NCBI RefSeq assembly: GCF_006345805.1
Contig: NC_043000.1
Coordinates: 20,956,001 to 21,020,000 of the forward strand
Direction: 5' to 3'
Length of the DNA: 64,000 nt
From: Octopus sinensis
Lineage: Eukaryota
The notes under the pieces were generated by a model. The model was given only the letters and a program-made list of their open reading frames with translations. It was not told the DNA's origin and made no database searches. The position numbers and the translations under genes are program-made. Shown here in pieces: positions 48,801 to 55,221 of this stretch (position 1 is its first letter; every line of letters starts with the position of its first letter).

Positions 48801-49809
48801 CTCCCCCACCCCTCTTTCGCGAGAGCGCATTTTTTTTTGTCATATTCGTTTAGAGCAAGTTGTTTTACACATATTACACTGTTTTTTTATTGTTTTGGTG
48901 CCCGGGTCAGCTCCTCAGACGCTTTCGGAACTTCCCGATGTGAATTTTCCGAGGCCTCTCCCCCACCCCCCTTTCGCGTGCGCGAATTTTTTTTTTTCAT
49001 ATTCGTTCATAGGAAGTTGTTTTACACCTATTACACACATTTTTTTTTTGATTTTCTGATATTTGTTACGCCCTATATTAACCAACACGTGCAACATCAA
49101 CGCAAACGATCTGCCCTCATGAGCCTCACTCCCTACCTCATCAGTAATGGTTTCTAAGAGGGATTCAGAATATGCATTGCATTACTTTTGTGGCCTCTAT
49201 TTGCAATGTGCAAACACAGACATTCAACCCTTTCACAGTTTACACAAAACGTGATGCTTGACAAATTCAAAATGAAGTATTTTTAATTACAAATACATTT
49301 CAGAAATCGACTTCGCTCTTTTTCATTGGTACTTCATTCTGTTGACTCCTTTTAAAACCACTTCTTGCTAAAAACAAGTTGCTTTAAATCCAAATCCAAA
49401 CAATTAACTGTATGTTTTATTAAACCATAAGTCTTCGTGTCTTCGATATTTCAAAGGAAAAACGTTGTTTGCTCCTACTCAGGGCTATACAACAATGATC
49501 AGTCGAACGAAGCAACAGTTCAGACGTCGTTTATACAAGAAAGGAAAGACACTTTATTCTTCAGATAATAAAACAAAAATAACAATAATAATGATTACAT
49601 TTAGGAAACAAACAGTAAATACTATGACACTGGATGATTTGAGAACAAGCATAACTTCGAACACATCGATGTTTACAAACAGCTAGACGTCGAATCAATA
49701 TTCGAAACAAAGTTATACATTTAAAAATTGTAAATCATTATTAAATCAATCAGTAAATTTAATGTTATTTACCAGTTCCATCTTGCTGATTCTCTAAACT
49801 CCACGACAT
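6427..49809 (-). CDS. NBN: Nibrin / NBS1, spliced gene model (17 coding exons, 702 aa)
   Basis: Hand-joined exons 49809-49773, 45146-45028, 41929-41781, 39142-38983, 36620-36517, 33313-33199, 32487-32324, 28546-28455, 27135-27051, 24994-24964, 20948-20851, 19389-18912, 18480-18406, 16522-16322, 15251-15138, 9165-9116, 6463-6427. All introns are GT-AG, phases match, total 2109 nt with no internal stop. Translation carries FHA (GRRDCD...SRKHA...SSYGTYIN), BRCT1 (LLVTSSCL...W..KCSFLVM), BRCT2 (EIGQAIL..NTEKYCNP), NFKNFRK and LPKIIGGSDL, as in vertebrate NBS1. Confidence 0.95.
6880..7735 (+). mobile_element. Penelope-like element terminus with minimal hammerhead motif, ending in (TA)n
   Basis: CCGACGA-A-GAGC-TCC-GCTC-GAAAC-GTC at 7529-7555; CA-rich microsatellites; (TA)n 7650-7735. 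Confidence 0.55.
7985..8900 (+). mobile_element. CR1/L2-group LINE 3' fragment with (ATT)n tail
   Basis: ORF 7911..8543 (W..DWQLKL..DKC, LEFASPVWNP, LETVQRRATK, LKLRRLAADL); same family at 29560-30080 (+) and 55222-55680 (-). Confidence 0.88.
9116..9165 (-). CDS. NBN: NBN exon 16, ATM-binding region
   Basis: KESQENEENRKIEKLF; acceptor TTGCAG, donor GTAAGT; 50 nt. Confidence 0.9.
9263..12659 (+). mobile_element. pogo/Tigger-like non-autonomous DNA transposon interrupted by an RTE LINE
   Basis: TA|CCGTAAATCCTCGAGTATA ... TATACTTGAGGATTTATGG|TA; residual transposase C-terminus (SFTKSGKVRAPDL...SFIKCCISCALDGTQDD). Confidence 0.8.
9825..12410 (+). mobile_element. 5'-truncated RTE LINE with complete 3'UTR and (GAT)n tail; YADD region deleted
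   Basis: ORFs 9819..11018, 10913..11263, 11432..11896 colinear with the copy at 1-3106; about 89 bp missing at 11018; tail at about 12380-12400. Confidence 0.93.
12733..13331. mobile_element. hAT/Charlie-type MITE with nested TTAA MITE
   Basis: TIRs CAGTGGTTCTCAA / TTGAGAACCACTG; degenerate 8-bp TSD TCACAGAT / TCTTAGAT. Confidence 0.8.
13024..13244. mobile_element. piggyBac-type (TTAA) MITE
   Basis: TTAA|CCCTTTAGTGTT ... AACACTAAAGGG|TTAA. Confidence 0.8.
13389..13792 (+). mobile_element. tRNA-derived SINE, about 400-bp family
   Basis: Head GGCGTAGGAGTGGCTGCGTGGTAAG..., central (TA/GT) microsatellite, AAAAGA-type tail; many other copies in the window. Confidence 0.85.
14196..14502 (-). mobile_element. 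tRNA-derived SINE with intact A/B boxes, poly(A) tail and 13-bp TSD
   Basis: A box TGGCCTAGTGG, B box GGTTCGAATC; TSD TGGGATTAAACTT at 14183-14195 and 14503-14515; inserted into an older SINE. Confidence 0.9.
15138..15251 (-). CDS. NBN: NBN exon 15
   Basis: NSNSGAYSLPKIIGGSDLAIHHSTISKELDGWFKEANE; acceptor CTTTCAG, donor GTAAAG; 114 nt. Confidence 0.96.
15641..16209 (-). mobile_element. Internally deleted mariner element
   Basis: About 30-bp TIRs TTGGGTTGTCCGGAAAGTTCGTGCCGATTT; ORF 15706..16002 is the mariner transposase N-terminal HTH (ICAVYG...W F..FR.GD...RSGR). Confidence 0.9.
16322..16522 (-). CDS. NBN: NBN exon 14, Mre11-binding motif
   Basis: NTTVKIKQEIKEEEALPKSCAAISFTNLVHRQ...GVLVRNFKNFRK (NFKxFxK); acceptor TTATTATAG, donor GTGAGT; 201 nt. 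Confidence 0.95.
17680..18070 (-). repeat. RTE 3'UTR fragment / RTE-tailed short repeat
   Basis: (CAT)n tail plus sequence matching 12000-12400 in reverse. Confidence 0.88.
18406..18480 (-). CDS. NBN: NBN exon 13
   Basis: VTEYSTKFTDVYIKPGFLNAKFTTV; acceptor CTTTCAG, donor GTAAGT; 75 nt, phase 0-0 (symmetric, so not forced by frame). Confidence 0.78.
18594..18814. mobile_element. piggyBac-type (TTAA) MITE
   Basis: TTAA|CCCTTTTGTTAC ... GTAACGAAAGGG|TTAA; related copy at about 42048-42278. Confidence 0.78.
18912..19389 (-). CDS. NBN: NBN exon 12, large acidic/disordered exon
   Basis: 478 nt open (overlaps ORF 18894..19346); NRSPDKSENPFS...KEKQGK; acceptor TTTTTTCAG, donor GTAAAT. Confidence 0.9.
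19433..19824 (+). mobile_element. Non-autonomous Helitron
   Basis: A|TCTCTCTATATATAAAG ... CCCGAGCAACGCCAGG (degenerate hairpin) ... CTAG|T; inserted at an AT dinucleotide with no TSD. Confidence 0.72.
20024..20254 (+). repeat. RTE 3'UTR fragment
   Basis: Matches 12170-12400 and ends in (GAT)n. Confidence 0.88.
20443..20816 (-). mobile_element. mariner-derived MITE
   Basis: TIRs TTGAGTCAAAAGTTTTGCAATATTTT; remnant transposase C-terminus (KKFFASKDKNWYQRRI...W). Confidence 0.8.
20851..20948 (-). CDS. NBN: NBN exon 11
   Basis: PVKMPNPSTNIKTTESSFPSSDASESKIFSNK; acceptor TTTCCAG, donor GTAAAT; only frame 0 is open; 98 nt. Confidence 0.82.
21645..21935 (+). mobile_element. tRNA-derived SINE (400-bp family), partial, with (GT)n
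   Basis: Matches 13389-13700. Confidence 0.8.
22340..22753 (+). mobile_element. Dimeric tRNA-derived SINE with 11-bp TSD
   Basis: Full 230-bp unit followed by a headless second unit; TSD AGATGTCACAT at 22329-22339 and 22754-22764. Confidence 0.88.
23080..23451 (-). mobile_element. tRNA-derived SINE (400-bp family)
   Basis: Reverse match to 13389-13792. Confidence 0.85.
24550..24780 (-). repeat. RTE 3'UTR fragment
   Basis: (CAT)n tail plus conserved 3'UTR. Confidence 0.85.
24964..24994 (-). CDS. NBN: NBN exon 10, 31-nt microexon
   Basis: (M)FVNQSDIPRE; acceptor TTCTAAATAG, donor GTAAGT; the only candidate I found that bridges phase 2 (exon 9) to phase 0 (exon 11). Confidence 0.75.
25542..26109. 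mobile_element. mariner MITE made of two inverted 3' ends (about 250-bp arms)
   Basis: TA|CGAGGGTGAGTCAAAAAGTAATGCCATTTTGTTTAGG and its exact reverse complement|TA; both arms carry the last codons of the transposase (EEVKT..KKWL.EQSTEFY..GI.AL..RW). Confidence 0.9.
26581..26987 (-). mobile_element. tRNA-derived SINE (400-bp family)
   Basis: Reverse match to 13389-13792. Confidence 0.85.
27051..27135 (-). CDS. NBN: NBN exon 9, SQ-rich
   Basis: (T)KTFSQLQSQTMRFQSQQGLSTHIQDSS; acceptor CTCTTTAG, donor GTAAGT; 85 nt, phase 1 to 2 as required by its neighbours. Confidence 0.82.
27722..28410 (-). repeat. RTE 3'UTR fragment with expanded 60-bp tandem array
   Basis: About 8 imperfect units of GGTGCTTTTTAYGTGCCACC...AGCCAGT...TGGCATYGACCACATT. 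Confidence 0.85.
28455..28546 (-). CDS. NBN: NBN exon 8, end of BRCT2
   Basis: HGKRVITDAEIGQAILCCNTEKYCNPNASL; acceptor TTTTTCAG, donor GTAAGT; 92 nt. Confidence 0.95.
28648..29240 (-). repeat. RTE 3'UTR fragment
   Basis: (CAT)n tail, conserved 3'UTR, tandem subunits. Confidence 0.82.
29560..30080 (+). mobile_element. CR1/L2-group LINE 3' fragment
   Basis: Near-identical to 8400-8900. Confidence 0.88.
30380..30612 (+). mobile_element. tRNA-derived SINE (230-bp family)
   Basis: GGCGAGCTGGCAGAAACGTTAGC...GAGTTCAAATTC...GTGGGCAATC. Confidence 0.85.
31298..31600 (-). repeat. RTE 3'UTR fragment
   Basis: (CAT)n tail plus conserved 3'UTR. Confidence 0.85.
32040..32280 (+). mobile_element. Penelope-like terminus with minimal hammerhead-like motif
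   Basis: CTGTAGA-A-GAGC-GTAG-GCTC-GAAAC-GTA-AAAG at 32141-32172, pairing with upstream CTTT; followed by a T-rich tract and (TA)n. Confidence 0.5.
32324..32487 (-). CDS. NBN: NBN exon 7, BRCT2
   Basis: WRKMKIAIELAGGHSCLCVSKNVDDSALVKDTSIVMQAEPSEDEWVSHVLSLLQ; acceptor TTTTACAG, donor GTAACA; 164 nt. Confidence 0.93.
33199..33313 (-). CDS. NBN: NBN exon 6, BRCT linker / start of BRCT2
   Basis: FLPKLSPNFVIKNETFQPNPLRKTLFSGTTFYFLKSSQ; acceptor AAACAG, donor GTATGT; 115 nt. Confidence 0.94.
33410..33632 (-). mobile_element. tRNA-derived SINE (230-bp family)
   Basis: Reverse match to 30380-30612. Confidence 0.85.
33836..34220 (+). mobile_element. RTE LINE 3' coding fragment
   Basis: ORF 33827..34240 (MLHGSETW...RGRPRKTWDEVV). 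Confidence 0.88.
34507..35925. mobile_element. Fold-back type non-autonomous DNA transposon with nested inverted arms
   Basis: TSD AGGTAT at 34501-34506 and 35926-35931; TIR CGGTAAAATTACAG...; three pairs of inverted segments (see findings). Confidence 0.85.
36517..36620 (-). CDS. NBN: NBN exon 5, end of BRCT1
   Basis: VVCALAAQCQIVTIDYFKSLKEASEGSLPCKGPE; acceptor TTTTCCAG, donor GTAAGT; 104 nt. Confidence 0.95.
36945..37220 (+). repeat. RTE 3'UTR fragment
   Basis: Conserved 3'UTR ending in GATGGTGATGAT. Confidence 0.82.
37240..37460 (+). mobile_element. piggyBac 3' remnant
   Basis: Frameshifted Cys-rich C-terminus (CEQCDVSFC..CF..HHT) followed by AAGGGG|TTAA. Confidence 0.5.
38983..39142 (-). 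CDS. NBN: NBN exon 4, BRCT1
   Basis: VRFNPLLVTSSCLKNSAKLELDQVVKYFDGKVANEWNDKCSFLVMDYISVTVK; poly-T acceptor TTAG, donor GTTTGT; 160 nt. Confidence 0.96.
39550..40530 (-). mobile_element. Degenerate mariner element
   Basis: ORF pieces 39873..40058 (MLSVWWDIKG) and 39557..39829 (F...GL.SLP.KW..IVENEGEY). Confidence 0.75.
40548..40770 (-). mobile_element. tRNA-derived SINE (230-bp family)
   Basis: Reverse match to 30380-30612. Confidence 0.83.
41332..41748 (+). mobile_element. Dimeric tRNA-derived SINE next to the NBN exon 3 donor
   Basis: Same unit plus headless-unit layout as 22340-22753; degenerate TSD AGCAAAGATACTTA / AGCAAAGTTATTTA. Confidence 0.83.
41781..41929 (-). CDS. NBN: NBN exon 3, FHA C-terminal half
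   Basis: KIPYTKSSLTIQDVSSYGTYINRKKCNQNTAIQLKEGDKLMFGSPKSTF; acceptor TTTCAG, donor GTAAG; 149 nt. Confidence 0.96.
42862..44305 (-). mobile_element. Young 5'-truncated CR1-clade LINE with uninterrupted RT C-terminal ORF
   Basis: ORF 42943..44307, 454 aa (QHGF, DFAKAFD, GVPQGSVLGP, LFADD, LERVQK.ATR); (AACT)n tail at 42862-42880 abutting (TA)n. Confidence 0.93.
44360..44877 (+). mobile_element. RTE LINE extreme 3' end plus 3'UTR variant
   Basis: MTKDQDLWRYAV..K.RQ coding end directly followed by 3'UTR and (GAT)n tail. Confidence 0.82.
45028..45146 (-). CDS. NBN: NBN exon 2, FHA N-terminal half
   Basis: DEHKITGSVEFTIGRRDCDLNIADDKTVSRKHAIITIDPA (FHA GR and SRxHA motifs); acceptor TTGTAG, donor GTTAGT; 119 nt. 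Confidence 0.95.
46500..46700 (+). mobile_element. Highly degenerate CR1-like RT fragment
   Basis: Frameshifted INKATSTDNIPYIML..C.SELVPILKLFNLSL...WKYATVCHIH. Confidence 0.45.
47155..49083. mobile_element. Non-autonomous DNA transposon with 620-bp tandem-repeat TIRs (fold-back; Merlin- or hAT-type TSD)
   Basis: 47155-47774 is the reverse complement of 48460-49083 with few mismatches; termini GGTTAATATAGGGCG; 8-bp TSD AACACTTG / AACACGTG. Confidence 0.9.
49773..49809 (-). CDS. NBN: NBN coding exon 1 (MSWSLENQQDGT-)
   Basis: ATG at 49809, 37 nt to donor G|GTAAAT; phase 1 matches exon 2; MxW-L start resembles NBS1 MWKL. Confidence 0.88.
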
Positions 49810-49825
49810 AGCAATAAGAAAAATA

Positions 49826-49833
49826 TTTGGCGC
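49826..49833 (+). promoter_or_regulatory. E2F-type site TTTGGCGC just upstream of the NBN ATG
   Basis: Exact TTTSSCGC consensus 17-24 nt from the start codon; GGAAGT (ETS core) at about 49894. Confidence 0.5.
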
Positions 49834-51000
49834 CGAGAAGGGAGATAACTATCAAAACACTCGACTTTCTGTTGCTCTTGAAAAAATGTTTGAGGAAGTG
49901 CTAACCTAAGTGTATGCGGGTCCTTCGAGACTGTTTTCCTCTTGAAGCTGTCAGATCCCCCACCCGTCCGCCCAAGAAGGAGCCCATCAGATATTTACTG
50001 GTCCCTCCTTCGTTCAACAGGCTTCAGATTGATGTATCGACTAACCTCCCTACCCTCTTGTAGGCCCTACATGCATGCACATCTATGTTTTATTTGCGTT
50101 ATGATAGCTCACGTGGTGGAAGCCTCTACATGGCTGCAGCCAGATTGCCCTCAAATTGCACCATATACACTTTGAATAATGTAGTCCTAGTTCCTCCATG
50201 TCTGAAAAGAAAAACAGGATAATCAGAACTGAAATGTTTTTAATCATGAGTCTAAACCACGTGTCTTGTTTAGCTCTTGATCAAGCAGGCTGAGGATCAA
50301 AGGCATTTTCCCTGTGTGAGCGTTTCTTTTCGTTAGACATGATGAATAATAGGACTACATTATCCGATTTTGTTTTTTGCTTGTTTGTTTGTTTTATGTA
50401 TTTTTGTTGTTTTTTTTAGGTGGTACAGTGTTAAACAATCGAAAACTGTTTTTGATATGATGGTACCGACGAAACTGCGAAATTAGCAGCCACTATTGAT
50501 GATAAATATTCTTAGTCTGACTCTATAACCAATATTGACTTTATTACTTGCTTGTTTCATCAACTTCGTTGTCGTCGTCATCATCATCAATAACAACAAC
50601 AACAACACCTGTTTATCTCTTCTTTCCATGTTGGCTAGGTTCATAGGTCATCACGGTTCGAGTCAGTTCTTATTCAGTTACTTCTCTCCTAAGTGTTACA
50701 CCCCCCAAAAAAAAACCAGGCCTCACACACACGCTTCCTTTTGGCACAGTTTTTACGGCTGGATACCCTTCCTGGATCTTTTCCTTTTGAACGGCATATG
50801 TCAACACAATTTCTAGTTAACTAAACACTTTTAAACTTCGTATACTGGTAGAATGTGTTTATAAAACATACTTTTTTCTTGGCATTATTGAGAAAATTCT
50901 ATAGTTTGTAAGATATTTCCACTTTAAAATCAAGCATTTCGGCCAAAATAGTCTTCCTGTTTCTATGTTCAAACTGGCTAGATCCAACCTCTCACACCTA

Positions 51001-51222
51001 TTTCTTTACTACCCACAAGGGGCTAAACACAGAGAGGACAGACAAACGGATTAAGTCGATTATATTGACCACAGTGCGTAACTGGTACTTATTTAATCGA
51101 CCCCGAAAGGATAAAAGGCAAAGTCGACCTCGGCAGAATTTGAATTCAGAACGTAGCGGCAGACAAAATACTGCAAAGCATTTTGCCCGGCGTGCTAACG
51201 ATTCTACCAGCTCACCGCCTCT
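51001..51222 (-). mobile_element. tRNA-derived SINE (230-bp family) with 16-bp TSD
   Basis: TSD CAACCTCTCACACCTA at 50985-51000 and 51223-51238; inserted into a TTAA-MITE remnant. Confidence 0.9.
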
Positions 51223-52167
51223 CAACCTCTCACACCTATACTACAATGTAAGTCTAAATAATATGCAGTCACATAATCAAAATCTGAAGGCTACAAAATA
51301 ATGTAGGATAAATTCAAAACAATGGGAACAAAGAGGGATTACATTTGATAAAATAATCTCAATGCTAAAGGGTTACACTTGACAAAACACCCTCCTTGAT
51401 TGTCTGTTTATAGCCAATTGTCATTCTCGCCATGTTGCACAGCTGCTGAGTACATCTGACATCTCTATATTTCTGGCTGGTGTTGTGCATAGTGCACTTT
51501 TCATACTTTTTAGATTTTCCCATTATCCTCTTGAGTTGAAAGAATGTATTTCTACTCAAGTGCTCCTTGACTTGAGAAGTTCCTATAGTACTCATAACCT
51601 TATGCAATCTGGACAACCCACTCCAATGTAAGCCAAACGCTATACTTGATAATTTGGTTTTGATTTTGGGAAACTTAATCCTCTGTATTGTTGCATATCA
51701 ATTGCTTGAGAGAGTGACCCAAACCTTAGGTAATTGAAAACAATTTACAAAGAAAATTAATTTTTTTTAATTGAACATCATGCAAGTTGTTCACAATAGC
51801 ATGAGTGGCTGCAAGTTTATCACATTTAGTGGAATCTTACTCTATTGTAAGCAAAGAATTTGGTCTGGGAATAACTTTTACCTTTCCTCCTACCGTTCAT
51901 GGATTCTCTGAAAAGGGCCATGGGTACTCCTCTCCTTCCTCTAAACCAGGGGTGCCCAAAGTTTTTAGACCATCAACCCCTTCATGGACCCCCCCCCTAT
52001 TGTCCCCCAGGCACATACAAAAAAATAAATAATAATTAAGTAGATGTGCATTTATCGACCCCTTGAATAGTCCCATTAACCCCCAGGGGTCGATATCGCC
52101 CACTTTGAAGACCCATGCTCTTAAACCAATGAAAAGGGAAATCTCAATGTTGAAAACAACTAAGAAA

Positions 52168-52440
52168 TCATCATCATCATCGTTTAATATCCGTTTTCCA
52201 TGCTAGCACGGGTTGGACGGTTTGACTGGGGTCTGGGAAGCCAGGAGGCTGCATCAGGCTCCAATCTGATCTGGCAGTGTTTCTACAGCTGGATGCCCTT
52301 CCAAATGCCGACCACTCCGTGACTGTAGTGGGTGCTTTTTATGTGCCAGCAGCACAGAAGCCAGTCAAGGTGGTGCTGGCATCAACCACGTTCGGATGGT
52401 GCTTTTCACATGCCACCGGCACAGGTATCACAACTACAAG
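52168..52440 (-). repeat. RTE 3'UTR fragment
   Basis: (CAT)n tail plus conserved 3'UTR. Confidence 0.85.
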
Positions 52441-54135
52441 TTGTCTGTGATATTTGGACAGAACAAATACAGGCTACTTCTTTCTGTTTTTAACATGTCT
52501 ATTTATTGTTTTTTCTGTCTGATGAGTACATCTTTCATTAATATTGATGGATGAAAGATACAAAGACACACAATACATAGCTACGTATGTATATATAAAA
52601 GGAACAAACTTCTGATCAGTTTCCATCTGCCAAAGTCTACTCACAAAGTACTAGTCAACATGGGACTGTGATGTAGAAGACATTTGCCCAAGATACTGAT
52701 AATGGGATTGAACCTAGAACTATGATGTTGCAAAACGTCTGCCCTTAGATGAATCAATACCGCATCATTATTTTTATAATTTTGAAAACAGAGTTGAAGA
52801 GCAGACAACCTCAATGAACAGAAAAAGTAAATAGAAAAATGGTGGTTCAATAAAGAAAACAAACAAATAAGCATTTTTTTTATAAAATAGATTTACTTCT
52901 ATTTTCTCTTTTATTTACAAATCACACTTTAAACATAAAATTAATTTTCAAATGTTTAAACTATACAACTGCATGGTTCTTGTATAAAAAAAAAAAAAGA
53001 AAAGAAAAACCAAAAACAACATATTTGTAAAACCATTTCTAAATGCATGCACAAAGGGATAATATATTTGAAAATTTTATTCTTTTTCTAAAAAAACAAA
53101 GTTCAAAGATGGTAACATATCAAATGAGAGTTACTTAAAATTTCACAAGTCTCTAAATCAAAGTTCTGTGGTCAAAAGAGAAATAAATTAATAAAATAAA
53201 ATCTATTTGACTTAATGATCAATTTATGATATGGCAAATTGTTTTCTTTGAAAATTATAAATTGTTTGGTCAAGAATTTATAAAGTATGATATCATGATA
53301 CCCCATACGATAAATCAAAATGAAACAAAAATACATTTCTAAATTGTAAGGAAACAAAGTTGTCTTTTAAGATTACAACTTACAGCCAAACAATTCTTTT
53401 CTCTTCAATAATTGTAAGTACTTTATTATTGGAAAATTTTAACTTAACATACAACAATCATATACCTGATACATAAGTATTGCAGCCTACCTCCCGGATA
53501 TAAAAAGAATCCTTTTATATCATAAAATTCAGCACCCATTATTAAGTCATCTATTTTCCTGCTCTTTTTCACCAGCTCATTTCTAAAGCTCGAGTGGGAG
53601 TTTCGTTTCCTTATCCCATCTGTATACTTAACACTCTTAATACAAACTCCACTCAGACCATCCCATCTCCTTGCTTTTATAATACAAATTTCCTGTTGAA
53701 AGTGATCGACATTAACACATTTGCAAACATTGGATTAATAATTCATAAAATTATTCTTACTAGGATTTTCATTGTTTTTTAAATAAAGGTAGTGCATTTC
53801 AGTGGTTGGGCACACCATTGGTTATGAAAATGAGTGTTCCATTTTATTTGATCAATGGAACAGCCTGATCATGAAATTAACATGCAAGGAGCTGAGCACT
53901 CTACAGACACACATACCCTTCACGTAGTTTTCAGGGAGATCCAGCATGCCCTTATGATGGAGCACTGCCACACTACCATAGTAATATAAGATTTTGCCAA
54001 TCAGGTAGATTGGACAAAGAAGGTTAGTAGAGTACTCTTCGCGTTCACTGGACTTCACACTACTAGATTTTTTTTCTATGGAGATACTTAAATGATAAAG
54101 TTTATGGCACAAAACCAGTGTAGTGATGCTATTTT

Positions 54136-54215
54136 GGAAGTTTTCAGCGTGCATGCGCAGAGTTGGATTACTTCTGGTAGGCTGCTGGAAGTTCTCTCAT
54201 GTGCATGCACAGAGA
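54136..54215. promoter_or_regulatory. Tandem ETS + NRF1-like promoter modules
   Basis: GGAAGTTTTCAGCGTGCATGCGCAGAG (54136) and GGAAGTTCTCTCATGTGCATGCACAGAG (54187) in unique sequence. Confidence 0.45.
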
Positions 54216-55221
54216 ACTGCCAACAGAAAGTTTTCCTGCTAGATCGGTCTTTTTTGAAGATGCAGCCCTATCGAGTGGACACGATTCAACCTTCTCTCAA
54301 GGAAAACCCAACACGTAGAGAAGCCCCCTTCTACGTGGGAACAGAGACAGCATTTTGGCTCACACAAGTTAACTATTGTGAATAGTTTTATAGACTTAGC
54401 TATCAGTCCGCCCTGAAGAAAATATATGTATATATATATTTTATTTGCGAATCCAGACCAAAATAAAGTATTATTTACTGCTGGAGAAGATAGTCGAAGT
54501 TTTGGTTTTCCTTTCGACACGATTGAATGTAACAGGATAAGACCGAGACCCTTCAAGTGTTCCTGAGACCTTCATCCTGTTACACCAGCAACCACTGAAT
54601 GTAAGGGTAGCTATTCAATGGGAATGCACACAAATACTGAGCAAAATATTTCTTGACATTTGCAATAAAACAATAGAAGACTGATGACTGATTTGTTGGC
54701 TAAGGTACTGAGGTCAATTCTACTGCAGAATACAATAACCTTTGGCAAACTATCTTGTGTGTTACTTTTCTTTAATCTGCTTAACACTTTCAAAACTGAA
54801 GATAAACACCAGCCTGTGGACTGAGAAAATTCACAAGAAATAATCATAACAAATTAATTTTGTCTCAAGGCCACAAATTGTAGGAGAAACTACCCCAATA
54901 TATGACTGATGTTTATTTTATTGGTACTTTGATTTATGAGAAGAAAAGTCATTCCTTAAATAGATTTGTATTTTTAAATATTTAAAAGGTTATACACGTT
55001 ACAAATTAGAATGGAAAGAAGATACAATCACATCATGAATTCATAATCACATCAACTTCGCCATGGTGACATCCAACCCTTCAGCACAGAGAAAAATGGA
55101 CGGAAAACTGTACAATTTGTTTTAATATTTTTTATGAAATGTAACGTGTTTTGAATGGCACAACAATGGACTATAATAACTGTTTAAATAATTTAATTAA
55201 TAAATAATTTAATTATTCATA

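Noticed and set aside
6464-49772. U12-type or non-canonical introns in NBN
   Set aside because: All 16 introns have ordinary GT-AG ends and none shows the (G/A)TATCCTT minor-class donor.
51365-51616. 83-aa ORF as a stand-alone gene
   Set aside because: Non-ATG start, no recognisable domain, no convincing acceptor in that frame; expected by chance at this length.
54450-54590. H/ACA snoRNA (hairpins, ANANNA, terminal ACA)
   Set aside because: The ACA falls inside the stem, hairpin sizes are atypical and no pseudouridylation pockets are evident; kept only as a generic structured region.
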